A stretch of DNA of 38,110 nt, taken from an uncultured bacterium (lineage in GTDB: Bacteria; Hydrothermota; Hydrothermia; Hydrothermales; Hydrothermaceae). Shown here one piece after another: positions 9,801 to 19,587 of this stretch (position 1 is the first letter of the stretch; every line of letters starts with the position of its first letter). The notes under the pieces were generated by a model. That model made no database searches. It saw nothing but the letters and a program-made list of their open reading frames with translations, and was not told where the DNA came from. Both the position numbers and the translations under genes were made by a program. The stretch spans positions 1 to 38,110 of the forward strand of contig CAZUSI010000003.1 of NCBI GenBank assembly GCA_964623395.1. Direction: 5' to 3'.

Positions 9801-9912
9801 ACTTATCTCCCTTTTCATTAGCATAAATCAATTTACCTTCAGAATTAAAAACTATTATAGGATTTGGTATATTTTCAATCAAAAGTAAAGTAAAATTACT
9901 AAAACCCTTCAT
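6826..9912 (-). CDS. Cytoplasmic multi-domain sensor histidine kinase (N-terminal PAS-like, several GAF-like modules, PAS, HisKA, HATPase_c)
   Basis: H-box MAHEIKNPLASI. N/G boxes ILRNSIEAI, DNGKGI, FEPFFSTKKGGSGLGLAIV. PAS-like VLRNIPVGIVVTDTDLNIKRVNEGF. No obvious transmembrane segment. Confidence 0.85.
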   Translation of the reverse strand: MKGFSNFTLLLIENIPNPIIVFNSEGKLIYANEKGDKFINYFFGDEKEELKKFFISLYRGDEFEKLKEIKDIYNVNIIELLNNTKAIFIEKKSEIFFHENLVNFLSEISQIQDTNLILQKFSQFLLNITKAGKVTIFLYDEKLKVYKRVALVTRPPFKEEEFKKNIFRIGEGITGKVIETGVVFYAPDVEKVKEYYRSSQAEKSELIIPIKDKEMVYGTIGIGSEKEDAFKDVDIRFLEKISNFLLLIIKNLYLYQDIIRREKEINFCYLLPETEKEEISLEGYVENILNLFIEIYNFEGVGLNYENFNFWKGKGKQEFEKVLKGSPEKIINAHFSLNNYYFYIIPFKIKNGFIVFVTSSVLSEKEIKSFEYEVEFVEKILSINLRREIFSIHKELTSILIDSFIQETDIKIVYKNICEALCKIFNCEKILIMGEKGDRLSLIYHFPQEEEIFSLEEIQIKEERISKEYAFLILKEKPLMALYILNPKNIERIYIVKEFLKSYFEFLFKIERYNKNKILLQALKRLTEKEIEISSLKEYLDEVCNIIRENFGYSFVGILLKEDDYLKLISSSGYEKYRDLSIRLKIGEEGLSGIAFKNGETIYSPDVTKSPFYVKVSDLIKSEVAIPLKTEREKIGVIVISSPRFYDFSEEDIAFLENLASQISIFIENIFDKEQREEMLSFLEEEVKFSEMVLRNIPVGIVVTDTDLNIKRVNEGFNLLLKREAKELIGKKICDFICSHPKGGFCKIENSFVNRTPLFREKFITDIKGEAVPLAITSSFIYGPGDVINGIILIVEDIREVAKLEEQLRRTERLSAMGKIAAYMAHEIKNPLASISTGIEFISEKLPKDENIKIYIDMILKEIYRLDRLIKNLLSFASRRPVRKIPVNIVNLLKESILFITPEIVGKEIKILQNFEDEELILYLDPDQFKEVILNILRNSIEAIEKEGEIEIGVKRFGNNAILWCKDNGKGIKEEYLHSIFEPFFSTKKGGSGLGLAIVHKIVEEHGGKIEVESEYEKGTIFRIYLPL

Positions 9913-10165
9913 TTTGTAATTTATTTAATCTTTCTTTTACATCTTTATTATCAGGTTCCTTCTCTATAATCTTCAAATAGATTTCTTTTGCTTTTTCATA
10001 TTCATTTATTGCTTCATATAAAATACCAAGATGAAATAGAGCATCTATATTTTCTTTATCCATCTTTAATATCTTTTTTAAAATTTTCTCCGCCTCTTCA
10101 TAATTATTAGTAAGTAAAAGCGTCTTTGCATGATCTAAAAGAGCATTGATATCTTCTTTCATCAT
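9899..10165 (-). CDS. Small TPR-repeat protein
   Basis: 88 aa with two TPR-like helical hairpins (NYEEAEKILKKILKMDKENIDALFHLGILYEAINEYEKAKEIYLKIIEKEPDN). Overlaps both neighbours (4 and 14 nt). Confidence 0.6.
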   Translation of the reverse strand: MMKEDINALLDHAKTLLLTNNYEEAEKILKKILKMDKENIDALFHLGILYEAINEYEKAKEIYLKIIEKEPDNKDVKERLNKLQNEGF

Positions 10166-10845
10166 ATATTCCTAAATTTTTCTATGTTCTCTTTTTTACC
10201 AATAAGTACAAGAAGATCTCCTTTTAAAATCTCCTCTTCGCCTCCAGGTGCCACTATGAGTTCTTCTTCAATAGAAGTTTTGCCATTCTCTTTTACAACA
10301 GGTTTATTCCTTTTTATTGCTAATATATGAACACCATAATCTGTTTTAAGTTTTGTTTCTTTTATTTTTTTATTTTCCATAAATTTAGGAGCAATCCTTT
10401 CAAGTATTTTATACTCTTCAGAAAGATTTATAATTTCAAATATGTAAGGTGACACTATACTTTGAGCAACACGATAAGCCATTTCCTGTTCAGGAAAAAT
10501 AACTCTATCAACTCCGATTTTCTGCAAAATTCTTTTGTGAAGTTCGCTTCCTGCTTTTGCCATAACTTTTTTTACCCCTTTTTCCTTCAATATCATACAT
10601 GCTAAAATGCTTGCTTCTATTTCATTCGTTATACAAACAACTGCTGTATCAGCATCTTCAATTCCAATAGAGCTTAAAACCTTTTCATTTGTTACATCCA
10701 TTGCATAAACCTTTGTTACAAATTCTTCAACCTCACTTATCTTTGCTTCATCTTTATCTATTGCAATTACTTCCACACCTTTTTCACTTAAAGCTTTTGC
10801 CAAAGCACTTCCAAATCTTCCAAGTCCTATAATAAAAATTGCCAT
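10162..10845 (-). CDS. trkA: RCK-domain K+ transport regulatory protein (TrkA/KtrA family, RCK_N + RCK_C)
   Basis: Rossmann motif IIGLGRFGSALAKAL...IDKD. C-terminal RCK_C-like region ending GDLLVLIGKKENIEKF. 227 aa. Confidence 0.8.
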   Translation of the reverse strand: MAIFIIGLGRFGSALAKALSEKGVEVIAIDKDEAKISEVEEFVTKVYAMDVTNEKVLSSIGIEDADTAVVCITNEIEASILACMILKEKGVKKVMAKAGSELHKRILQKIGVDRVIFPEQEMAYRVAQSIVSPYIFEIINLSEEYKILERIAPKFMENKKIKETKLKTDYGVHILAIKRNKPVVKENGKTSIEEELIVAPGGEEEILKGDLLVLIGKKENIEKFRNI

Positions 10846-10856
10846 TTTAAGTTATA

Positions 10857-10885
10857 ATTATAATATATTTTTAAAAATATTTCAA
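10857..10885 (-). promoter_or_regulatory. Sigma-70-type promoter candidate for the trkA-signalling operon
   Basis: On the minus strand: TTGAAA (10885-10880), 17-nt spacer, TATAAT (10862-10857). The ATG lies only 11 nt downstream and there is no Shine-Dalgarno. Confidence 0.4.
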
Positions 10886-10888
10886 TCT

Positions 10889-11971
10889 TCATTTTAAAAG
10901 GAGCATAGCATCTCCATAACTTAAAAATCTATAATTTTCCTTAATTGCGATTTCATATAATTTAAGGATTTTCTCCCTTCCTCCAAAAGCACAAACCAAA
11001 ATAAGATTTGTTGATTTTGGTAAATGAAAATTTGTTATTAGGGAATGAGTAAGATTGAATTTAAAACCTGGATAAATGAATAAATTTGTAAATCCCTTCT
11101 CTTTTTTTTCTAAAGCATATGTCTCAAGTGCCCTTACACATGTTGTTCCACATACAAAAATCCTTTTTCTTTCCTTTTTAGTCCTTTCAATTTCATATAT
11201 TGTTTCTTCGGGAATTTCATAATATTCTTCTTCCATCTTATGATTTCTTATATCCTTTACTTTTAATGGAACAAATGTTCCTTTACCAACTTTCAAATTG
11301 ATATATCTTATTTTTACTCCTTTATCTTCAATTTCTTTTAAAAGTTCTTCTGTGAAATGTAAGGAAGCAGTTGGGGCTGCAATTGAACCCTCTTCTTTTG
11401 CAAATACACTTTGATAGTAAATTTTATCAATTTCTTCTGGTTTTCTTTTTATATAAGGAGGCAAGGGAATATTTCCTTTCTCTCTAATTAAATCTTCACA
11501 TTTTCCATTCTCAATTTCAAAAATAAATTCATTTTTTTCTTTATAACATCTTAATATGTATTGACCTATGTAAATTTTTTTTCCAAAAGGATTTTTTCCT
11601 TTAACAAAGCCCTTAAATTTATTTTCACCTATTTTTTCAAGGAAAAATATTTCTAACTTCCCACCAGTTTCCTTTTTTGCAAAAATCTTTGCAGGAATAA
11701 CCTTAGTATTATTTAAAATAAGAAGGTCTCCCTTTTTAAAATAACTCACAATAAATTTAAATTTTGTATGCGCAATACTGTCAGAATTAATGTCATAAAC
11801 AAGCAATCTCGCCTCATCTCTTTTTAATAAAGGATACTGAGCAATTAAAGCTTTTGGAAGATAATAATCATAAGATTCTATGGAAAAAATTATTTCCTTC
11901 TTTTTATTATAAATCTTTCTGAAGGTTTCCCCTTCTTCCTTGTCTTCTTTCCTTTTGTATACCATCCCCAA
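10889..11971 (-). CDS. queA: S-adenosylmethionine:tRNA ribosyltransferase-isomerase
   Basis: Motifs [52 protein letters not shown]. The start is uncertain: the only canonical starts (ATG 11971/11965) overlap rplB by 76-82 nt, while homology begins near codon 30. Confidence 0.85.
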   Translation of the reverse strand: MGMVYKRKEDKEEGETFRKIYNKKKEIIFSIESYDYYLPKALIAQYPLLKRDEARLLVYDINSDSIAHTKFKFIVSYFKKGDLLILNNTKVIPAKIFAKKETGGKLEIFFLEKIGENKFKGFVKGKNPFGKKIYIGQYILRCYKEKNEFIFEIENGKCEDLIREKGNIPLPPYIKRKPEEIDKIYYQSVFAKEEGSIAAPTASLHFTEELLKEIEDKGVKIRYINLKVGKGTFVPLKVKDIRNHKMEEEYYEIPEETIYEIERTKKERKRIFVCGTTCVRALETYALEKKEKGFTNLFIYPGFKFNLTHSLITNFHLPKSTNLILVCAFGGREKILKLYEIAIKENYRFLSYGDAMLLLK

Positions 11972-12711
11972 GGACTTTTTGGAATCTTACCTTTTGTTCT
12001 ACCTTCTCCTCCTCCGTGTGGATGATCACATGGATTCATTGCAGTTCCTCTTACATGAGGTCTTTTACCCATCCATCTTTTTCTTCCTGCTTTACCTATT
12101 ATAACGAGTTCATTATCAGGGTTGCTTACTCTTCCAATTGTGGCTTTACATTTTAAATTTATTAGTCTTATTTCTCCTGATGGAAGCTGCACATGAGCAT
12201 AATTACCTTCTTTTGAAAGTATAATAGCAGCACTTCCTGCTGATCTAACAAGTTTTCCACCTCCTCCTGGTATAAGTTCTATATTATGAATTTCTATTCC
12301 CTCTGGTATATCTGAAAGAGGCAAAGCATTTCCCGGTTTTAAAGGTGCTTGTGGACCTGATATAACTTCATCACCTACTTTAAGACCATCAGGTGCAATT
12401 ATATATCTTTTTTCACCATCCTTATATTGTAAAAGTGCTATCCAAGCAGTCCTATTTGGATCGTATTCTATACTTAAAACCTTTGCAGGAATTCCGTCCT
12501 TATCCCTTTTAAAATCTATAATTCTATATAATCTTTTATGTCCCCCGCCTCTAAATCTTACTGTTATTCTTCCTTGATTATTCCTTCCACCTGTTTTTTT
12601 CAAAGGCACCAAAAGGGATTTTTCAGGTTCCTTTTTTGTAAGCTCGGAAAAATCAAGGGTTGTCATAAACCTTCTTGAAGGTGTATAAGGTTTATATTTT
12701 TTTATTCCCAT
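11890..12711 (-). CDS. rplB: 50S ribosomal protein L2
   Basis: Motifs [22 protein letters not shown] and [13 protein letters not shown]. 273 aa. Confidence 0.97.
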   Translation of the reverse strand: MGIKKYKPYTPSRRFMTTLDFSELTKKEPEKSLLVPLKKTGGRNNQGRITVRFRGGGHKRLYRIIDFKRDKDGIPAKVLSIEYDPNRTAWIALLQYKDGEKRYIIAPDGLKVGDEVISGPQAPLKPGNALPLSDIPEGIEIHNIELIPGGGGKLVRSAGSAAIILSKEGNYAHVQLPSGEIRLINLKCKATIGRVSNPDNELVIIGKAGRKRWMGKRPHVRGTAMNPCDHPHGGGEGRTKGKIPKSPWGWYTKGKKTRKKGKPSERFIIKRRK

Positions 12712-12713
12712 TT

Positions 12714-13007
12714 TTATGCTCCTTCAAAAATTCTTATTCTATCCCCTTCTTTTAATTTAACATATGCCTTTTTCCAAGACGAAGTATAACCATATCTCCT
12801 TGTTCTAACTCTTCTTCTTTTCGGCTTCATATTTACTATCTTTACCTCCAAAACTTTCACCTTGAAAAGCTCCTCAATTGCTCTTTTTATCTCAGGTTTT
12901 GTTGCATTTCTTGCTACTTTAAAAGCATATTGGTTATATTTATCCCTTAAATAAACACTTTTTTCTGTAATAATTGGTTCAATAATTATATCATGCGCAC
13001 TTCTCAT
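12714..13007 (-). CDS. rplW: 50S ribosomal protein L23
   Basis: Motifs [10 protein letters not shown] and [20 protein letters not shown]. Operon position between L4 and L2. Confidence 0.92.
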   Translation of the reverse strand: MRSAHDIIIEPIITEKSVYLRDKYNQYAFKVARNATKPEIKRAIEELFKVKVLEVKIVNMKPKRRRVRTRRYGYTSSWKKAYVKLKEGDRIRIFEGA

Positions 13008-13642
13008 TTTTTATTCCCCTGAAATTCAATATAATCTTCAAGCCCTTTTTTTGTAAAAAGAATATATTCTGAGTCAAGAACTTCATAAGCATTCAAATCC
13101 TTACCCATCATTATCTTTATTTTTTCAATATTTCTTAAAGGTAAAACAACATCATTTGACATTTTGTGAGTTGCTATAAGAACCTTTTTTCCATAAACTC
13201 CAATTTTTTCTAAAAGTTTCACACCCTCCTTTGTTTTTCCATTTGGAAAAGAAAAATCTTCAATAACGAGTATTCTTCCTTCTTTAGCTCTATCTGAAAG
13301 TGCATGCTTTGTAGCAAGCCTTTTTGCCTTTTTGGGCATTTGATAATGATAATCCCTTGGTTTTGGTCCAAATACAACCCCTCCTTTTCTCCATATAGGC
13401 GACCTTATAGAACCATGTCTTGCTCTACCCGTATGTTTTTGAGGCCATGGTTTTCTTCCTCCACCACTTACTTCTCCCCTTGTTTTAGTGGAGGCAGTTC
13501 CTCTTCTTTGATTCGCAAGATACATTCTAACATATTCCCATAAAAGATGAACATTAGGAGAAAAGCCAAATATTTCCTCTTTTAAATCGATCTCTCCTAT
13601 TTTTTCGCCTTCAGAATTAAAAAGAGGGGCCTTAATCCCCAT
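13004..13642 (-). CDS. rplD: 50S ribosomal protein L4
   Basis: Motifs TKTRGEVSGGGRKPWPQKHTGRARHGS and GGVVFGPKPRDY. Operon position. Confidence 0.94.
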   Translation of the reverse strand: MGIKAPLFNSEGEKIGEIDLKEEIFGFSPNVHLLWEYVRMYLANQRRGTASTKTRGEVSGGGRKPWPQKHTGRARHGSIRSPIWRKGGVVFGPKPRDYHYQMPKKAKRLATKHALSDRAKEGRILVIEDFSFPNGKTKEGVKLLEKIGVYGKKVLIATHKMSNDVVLPLRNIEKIKIMMGKDLNAYEVLDSEYILFTKKGLEDYIEFQGNKK

Positions 13643-14289
13643 TAAATTTTCCTCCTTTTTGCTTTTCTCACAATTACATAAGAACCAGAAGGACCGGGAA
13701 CAGCTCCTTTAACAAGAAGAACTTCTCTTTCTTTATCTATTTTTACAATTTCAAGATTATGAATCGTTATTTTTTCATTTCCATAATGCCCTGCCATTCT
13801 TTTGCCCTTCCATACTCTTCCAGGGTCTGTCGTTTGCCCTATGGAACCAGGTCTTCTATGAAACATGGAACCATGAGAGGCGGGTCCTCCTTTAAAATCC
13901 CATCTTTTAACAACTCCAGCAAATCCTCTACCTTTTGTTTTTCCGATAACATCAACTTTTTCACCGAGTTTAAAAATTTTATCAATATCTATTTTTTCTC
14001 CAGGTTTAAATTTATCTATTTCATCAGTTTTTATTTCTTTTATAATTCTCGCAGGATAAATTTCCTTTTCACCGAAAATTTTTTTAAAAATTCCCAAAGT
14101 AGGTTTATTGAGTTTTTTTGCTTTTACATTTCCACAACAAAGTCTAACAGCATTATATTTATCCTTCTCCTCTTTTCTCGTATCAAGAATATAACATTCA
14201 GAAAAATCCAAAACTGTAACAGGAACAACATCACCTTTTTCATTAAAAATCCGCGTCATTCCCAATTTTTTTGCAATTATTCCTCCCAT
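13642..14289 (-). CDS. rplC: 50S ribosomal protein L3
   Basis: Motifs KLGMTRIF, GKTKGRGFAGVVKRW, SHGSMFHRRPGSIG and VKGAVPG. Confidence 0.95.
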   Translation of the reverse strand: MGGIIAKKLGMTRIFNEKGDVVPVTVLDFSECYILDTRKEEKDKYNAVRLCCGNVKAKKLNKPTLGIFKKIFGEKEIYPARIIKEIKTDEIDKFKPGEKIDIDKIFKLGEKVDVIGKTKGRGFAGVVKRWDFKGGPASHGSMFHRRPGSIGQTTDPGRVWKGKRMAGHYGNEKITIHNLEIVKIDKEREVLLVKGAVPGPSGSYVIVRKAKRRKI

Positions 14290-14290
14290 G

Positions 14291-14599
14291 TCAAACTACC
14301 TTTATAACAATATCTATTCCAGCCGGTATTTCAACTTTTGAGAGTTTATCAATTGTATCAGGCGTTGGATTTCTTATCTCTATAAGTCTTTTATGCACTT
14401 TCAATTCAAATTGCTCTCTCGATCTTTTATCAATATGTGGTGAACGAATAACTGTAATAAGGGTTCTTTTTGTAGGAAGAGGAATTGGTCCTGAAACAAG
14501 GGCACCTGTAGTTTTTGCAGTTAATGCAATCCTTTTCGCAGACTTATCTAAAAGTCGCGGGTCAAAAGATTGTAATTTTATCCTTATTTTTTGTTCCAT
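14291..14599 (-). CDS. rpsJ: 30S ribosomal protein S10
   Basis: Motifs [17 protein letters not shown] and [18 protein letters not shown] junction with tuf. Confidence 0.95.
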   Translation of the reverse strand: MEQKIRIKLQSFDPRLLDKSAKRIALTAKTTGALVSGPIPLPTKRTLITVIRSPHIDKRSREQFELKVHKRLIEIRNPTPDTIDKLSKVEIPAGIDIVIKVV

Positions 14600-15813
14600 T
14601 ATTCTATTATTTCTGTAACTATACCTGCACCCACTGTCCTACCACCTTCTCTTATTGCAAACCTCAATTCCTTTTCAAGTGCTACAGGATACATAAGCTC
14701 AACTTCAATAGTAACATGGTCACCTGGCATAACCATCTCTCTTCCTTCCGGAAGTTTTATTGTTCCTGTAACATCGGTTGTTCTAAAATAGAATTGTGGT
14801 CTATAACCTGTAAAGAAGGGAGTATGTCTTCCACCTTCCTCCTTTGTTAAAATATACACTTCTGCCTTAAATCTTGTATGAGGTGTAATAGAACCAACTG
14901 CTGCAACAACCATTCCCCTTTCTACTTCATCTTTCCCTATTCCTCTTAAAAGAAGTCCCACATTATCACCTGCAATTGCCTCATCAAGTGTTTTTCTAAA
15001 CATTTCAATACTCGTTACAACAGTTCTGCGAGTTGGTCCAAAACCAACTATTTCTACTTCTTGTCCCGGTGTAATTCTTCCTCTTTCAACTCTACCGGTA
15101 GCAACTGTTCCTCTTCCTGTAATTGAGAATATATCTTCTATTGCAAGAAGAAAAGGTTTGTCAATCTCTCTTTTGGGTTCAGGAATGAATGAATCCATAG
15201 CATCAAGAAGCTGCCATATTGGACCACAGTTAGGGCATTCCCTTTTGCCACATCCACATTGTAAAGCCTTTAAGGCACTTCCTCTTATAATTGGAGTTTC
15301 ATCTCCTGGAAATTCATACTTATTAAGTAGATCCCTTACTTCCATTTCAACAAGATCAATAAGTTCCGGATCATCAACCGCATCAGTTTTGTTTATAAAA
15401 ACAATTATATATGGAACATTAACCTGCCTTGCAAGAAGCGTATGTTCCCTTGTTTGTGGCATAACACTGTCAGTAGCAGCAACTACGAGAATAGAACCAT
15501 CCATTTGAGCAGCACCTGTAATCATATTTTTTACATAATCATGATGTCCCGGACAATCTATATGGGCATAATGTCTTTTTTCAGTCTCATACTCAATATG
15601 AGCAAGGTTCACGGTCAATATCTTTGTCTCATCCCTTCTAAAAAGTTTTGCATCTGCTTTTGCAACTTCATCATAGGATTTTTCTTGAGCAAGTCCCTTT
15701 GTTGCAAGAACTTTTGTCATAGCAGCAGTAAGAGTTGTCTTACCATGATCAATATGTCCTATTGTCCCCACATTAACATGGGGTTTTGTCCTTTCAAATT
15801 TCTGCTTTGACAT
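14599..15813 (-). CDS. tuf: Elongation factor Tu (with atypical switch I and a Cys4 insertion, see findings)
   Basis: G1 [10 protein letters not shown]3 DCPGH, G4 NKTD. C-terminal domains are near-canonical ([37 protein letters not shown]). AAGGAGGTG lies upstream. Confidence 0.95.
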   Translation of the reverse strand: MSKQKFERTKPHVNVGTIGHIDHGKTTLTAAMTKVLATKGLAQEKSYDEVAKADAKLFRRDETKILTVNLAHIEYETEKRHYAHIDCPGHHDYVKNMITGAAQMDGSILVVAATDSVMPQTREHTLLARQVNVPYIIVFINKTDAVDDPELIDLVEMEVRDLLNKYEFPGDETPIIRGSALKALQCGCGKRECPNCGPIWQLLDAMDSFIPEPKREIDKPFLLAIEDIFSITGRGTVATGRVERGRITPGQEVEIVGFGPTRRTVVTSIEMFRKTLDEAIAGDNVGLLLRGIGKDEVERGMVVAAVGSITPHTRFKAEVYILTKEEGGRHTPFFTGYRPQFYFRTTDVTGTIKLPEGREMVMPGDHVTIEVELMYPVALEKELRFAIREGGRTVGAGIVTEIIE

Positions 15814-15825
15814 TTTTGCACCTCC

Positions 15826-18347
<2,522 letters not shown>

Positions 18348-18722
18348 TTATTTTTTAGGCATTTTTGTTCCATATTTACTTCTACTCTGCTTTCTTCCCT
18401 CAACACCCGCACAATCATACTTACCTCTTATTATATGATATTTAACACCTGGCAAATCCTTAACCCTTCCACCTCTAACAAGAACAACTGAATGTTCTTG
18501 AAGATTATGTCCTTCTCCAGGAATATAAGCGATAATTTCTTTACCATTTGAAAGCCTTACTTTTGCTACTTTCCTTAAAGCGGAATTTGGTTTTTTTGGT
18601 GTAGTAGTATAAACTCTGATACATACTCCTCTTTTTTGAGGACAACCCTCAAGTGCAGGAGACCTTGATTTTTTCTTTTTAGGTTTTCTCCCTTTTCTTA
18701 CAAGTTGATTAATAGTCACCAT
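18348..18722 (-). CDS. rpsL: 30S ribosomal protein S12
   Basis: Motifs [32 protein letters not shown] and [21 protein letters not shown] lies upstream. Confidence 0.97.
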   Translation of the reverse strand: MVTINQLVRKGRKPKKKKSRSPALEGCPQKRGVCIRVYTTTPKKPNSALRKVAKVRLSNGKEIIAYIPGEGHNLQEHSVVLVRGGRVKDLPGVKYHIIRGKYDCAGVEGRKQSRSKYGTKMPKK

Positions 18723-18787
18723 TTTCCCACCTCTTTAATTTTCAATTTTTAAACTTAATTTTTATTCTAAAATATTTGAAGTTTTAA

Positions 18788-18817
18788 ATTTTAATGTATT
18801 TTTCATAAATTTGTCAA
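18788..18817 (-). promoter_or_regulatory. Sigma-70-type promoter candidate for the str/S10 operon
   Basis: On the minus strand: TTGACA (18817-18812), 18-nt spacer, TAAAAT (18793-18788), ~65 nt upstream of the rpsL ATG. Confidence 0.35.
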
Positions 18818-18819
18818 AC

Positions 18820-18849
18820 TTGACATTAAATTCTTTTTTCCTTTATATT
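18820..18849 (+). promoter_or_regulatory. Sigma-70-type promoter candidate for initiator tRNA / trxA-gatCAB
   Basis: TTGACA (18820-18825), 18-nt spacer, TATATT (18844-18849), 23 nt upstream of the tRNA 5' end. Confidence 0.45.
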
Positions 18850-18872
18850 TATAAACTTACTATTCAATAAAC

Positions 18873-18946
18873 TGCGGGGTGGAGCAGCCTGGTAGCTCGT
18901 GGGGCTCATAACCCCAAGGTCGCGGGTTCAAATCCCGCCCCCGCTA
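18873..18946 (+). tRNA. Initiator tRNA-fMet (CAT)
   Basis: Hand-folded 74-nt cloverleaf, close to the E. coli initiator sequence as I recall it. It has a 1:72 mismatch (U:U) on top of the GCGGGG/CCCCGC acceptor, anticodon stem TGGGG/CCCCA giving G29-G31:C39-C41, loop CTCATAA, and T arm GCGGG-TTCAAAT-CCCGC. Confidence 0.92.
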
Positions 18947-18963
18947 TTTTAATTTTTTTTAAA

Positions 18964-19290
18964 ATGGCAATAGAAACTGTAAACGATGAAAATTTTGAAG
19001 AGAAAATATTAAAATCGGAATTGCCTGTAATTATAGATTTATGGGCAGAATGGTGTCATCCATGCAAAATGATAGAACCCCATTTAAAAGAACTTTCTGA
19101 AAAATACCACGATAAAATAAAATTCTATAAATTGAATGTTGATGAGAATCCAAAAACTCCTTCAAAATTTTCTGTCATGAGTATCCCTACATTGATCTTC
19201 TTTAAGGAAGGAAAGGAAGTAGGAAGAATAATAGGTGCTGTTCCTAAAAATCATCTTGAAGAAAAAATAAAAGAATTCTTCGGAATTTGA
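18964..19290 (+). CDS. trxA: Thioredoxin (active site WCHPC)
   Basis: 108 aa. Motifs DLWAEWCHPCKMIEP, NVDENP and SIPTLIFFKEGK match the thioredoxin fold pattern. Confidence 0.9.
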   Translation: MAIETVNDENFEEKILKSELPVIIDLWAEWCHPCKMIEPHLKELSEKYHDKIKFYKLNVDENPKTPSKFSVMSIPTLIFFKEGKEVGRIIGAVPKNHLEEKIKEFFGI

Positions 19291-19293
19291 ATC

Positions 19294-19587
19294 TTGAATA
19301 TAGAAAAAGAAATAGAAATTTTATCAAATTTACTTAGAATAGAAATAAAAGATAAAAAAAAATATGTGGAACACATTGAAAAAATGCTCAATTTTTTTAA
19401 AATTCTTGATGAAATTGATTTTAAAAATTATGAACCTTTTATACATTCTGGATTTAACAAATTGAATTTGAGAGAAGATAAAGCTTTAGAATTTGAAGAT
19501 AGAGATAAAATAATAAAAAATTTTCCTGATAAAATAGGAGATTTCTTAAAAGCATTTTCACCAATAAAAGAAATAAAGAAAAAGTGA
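19294..19587 (+). CDS. gatC: Asp-tRNA(Asn)/Glu-tRNA(Gln) amidotransferase subunit C
   Basis: 97 aa, TTG start, located directly upstream of gatA/gatB. Motifs LREDK...NFPDK...F..P typical of the GatC C-terminal part. Confidence 0.75.
   Translation: MNIEKEIEILSNLLRIEIKDKKKYVEHIEKMLNFFKILDEIDFKNYEPFIHSGFNKLNLREDKALEFEDRDKIIKNFPDKIGDFLKAFSPIKEIKKK

Noticed and set aside
11890-11971. queA as a pseudogene or frameshifted gene because of its overlap with rplB
   Set aside because: Both reading frames are intact over their full conserved lengths. Only the queA start codon is ambiguous.
13759-14618. Long plus-strand ORFs (182 aa and 115 aa) antisense to rplC and rpsJ
   Set aside because: They are low-complexity F/S/N/I-rich translations lying entirely opposite highly conserved ribosomal protein genes. 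There is no SD and no recognisable motif. They are typical shadow ORFs of an AT-rich genome.
15598-15672. Possibility that the odd EF-Tu switch I is an artefact of compensating frameshifts
   Set aside because: I translated the other two sense-strand frames across this segment. Both hit stops (TAG in one, TGA in the other), and neither yields the canonical KAPEE.ARGITI string. The annotated frame is continuous with canonical flanks. Read-level verification is still desirable.
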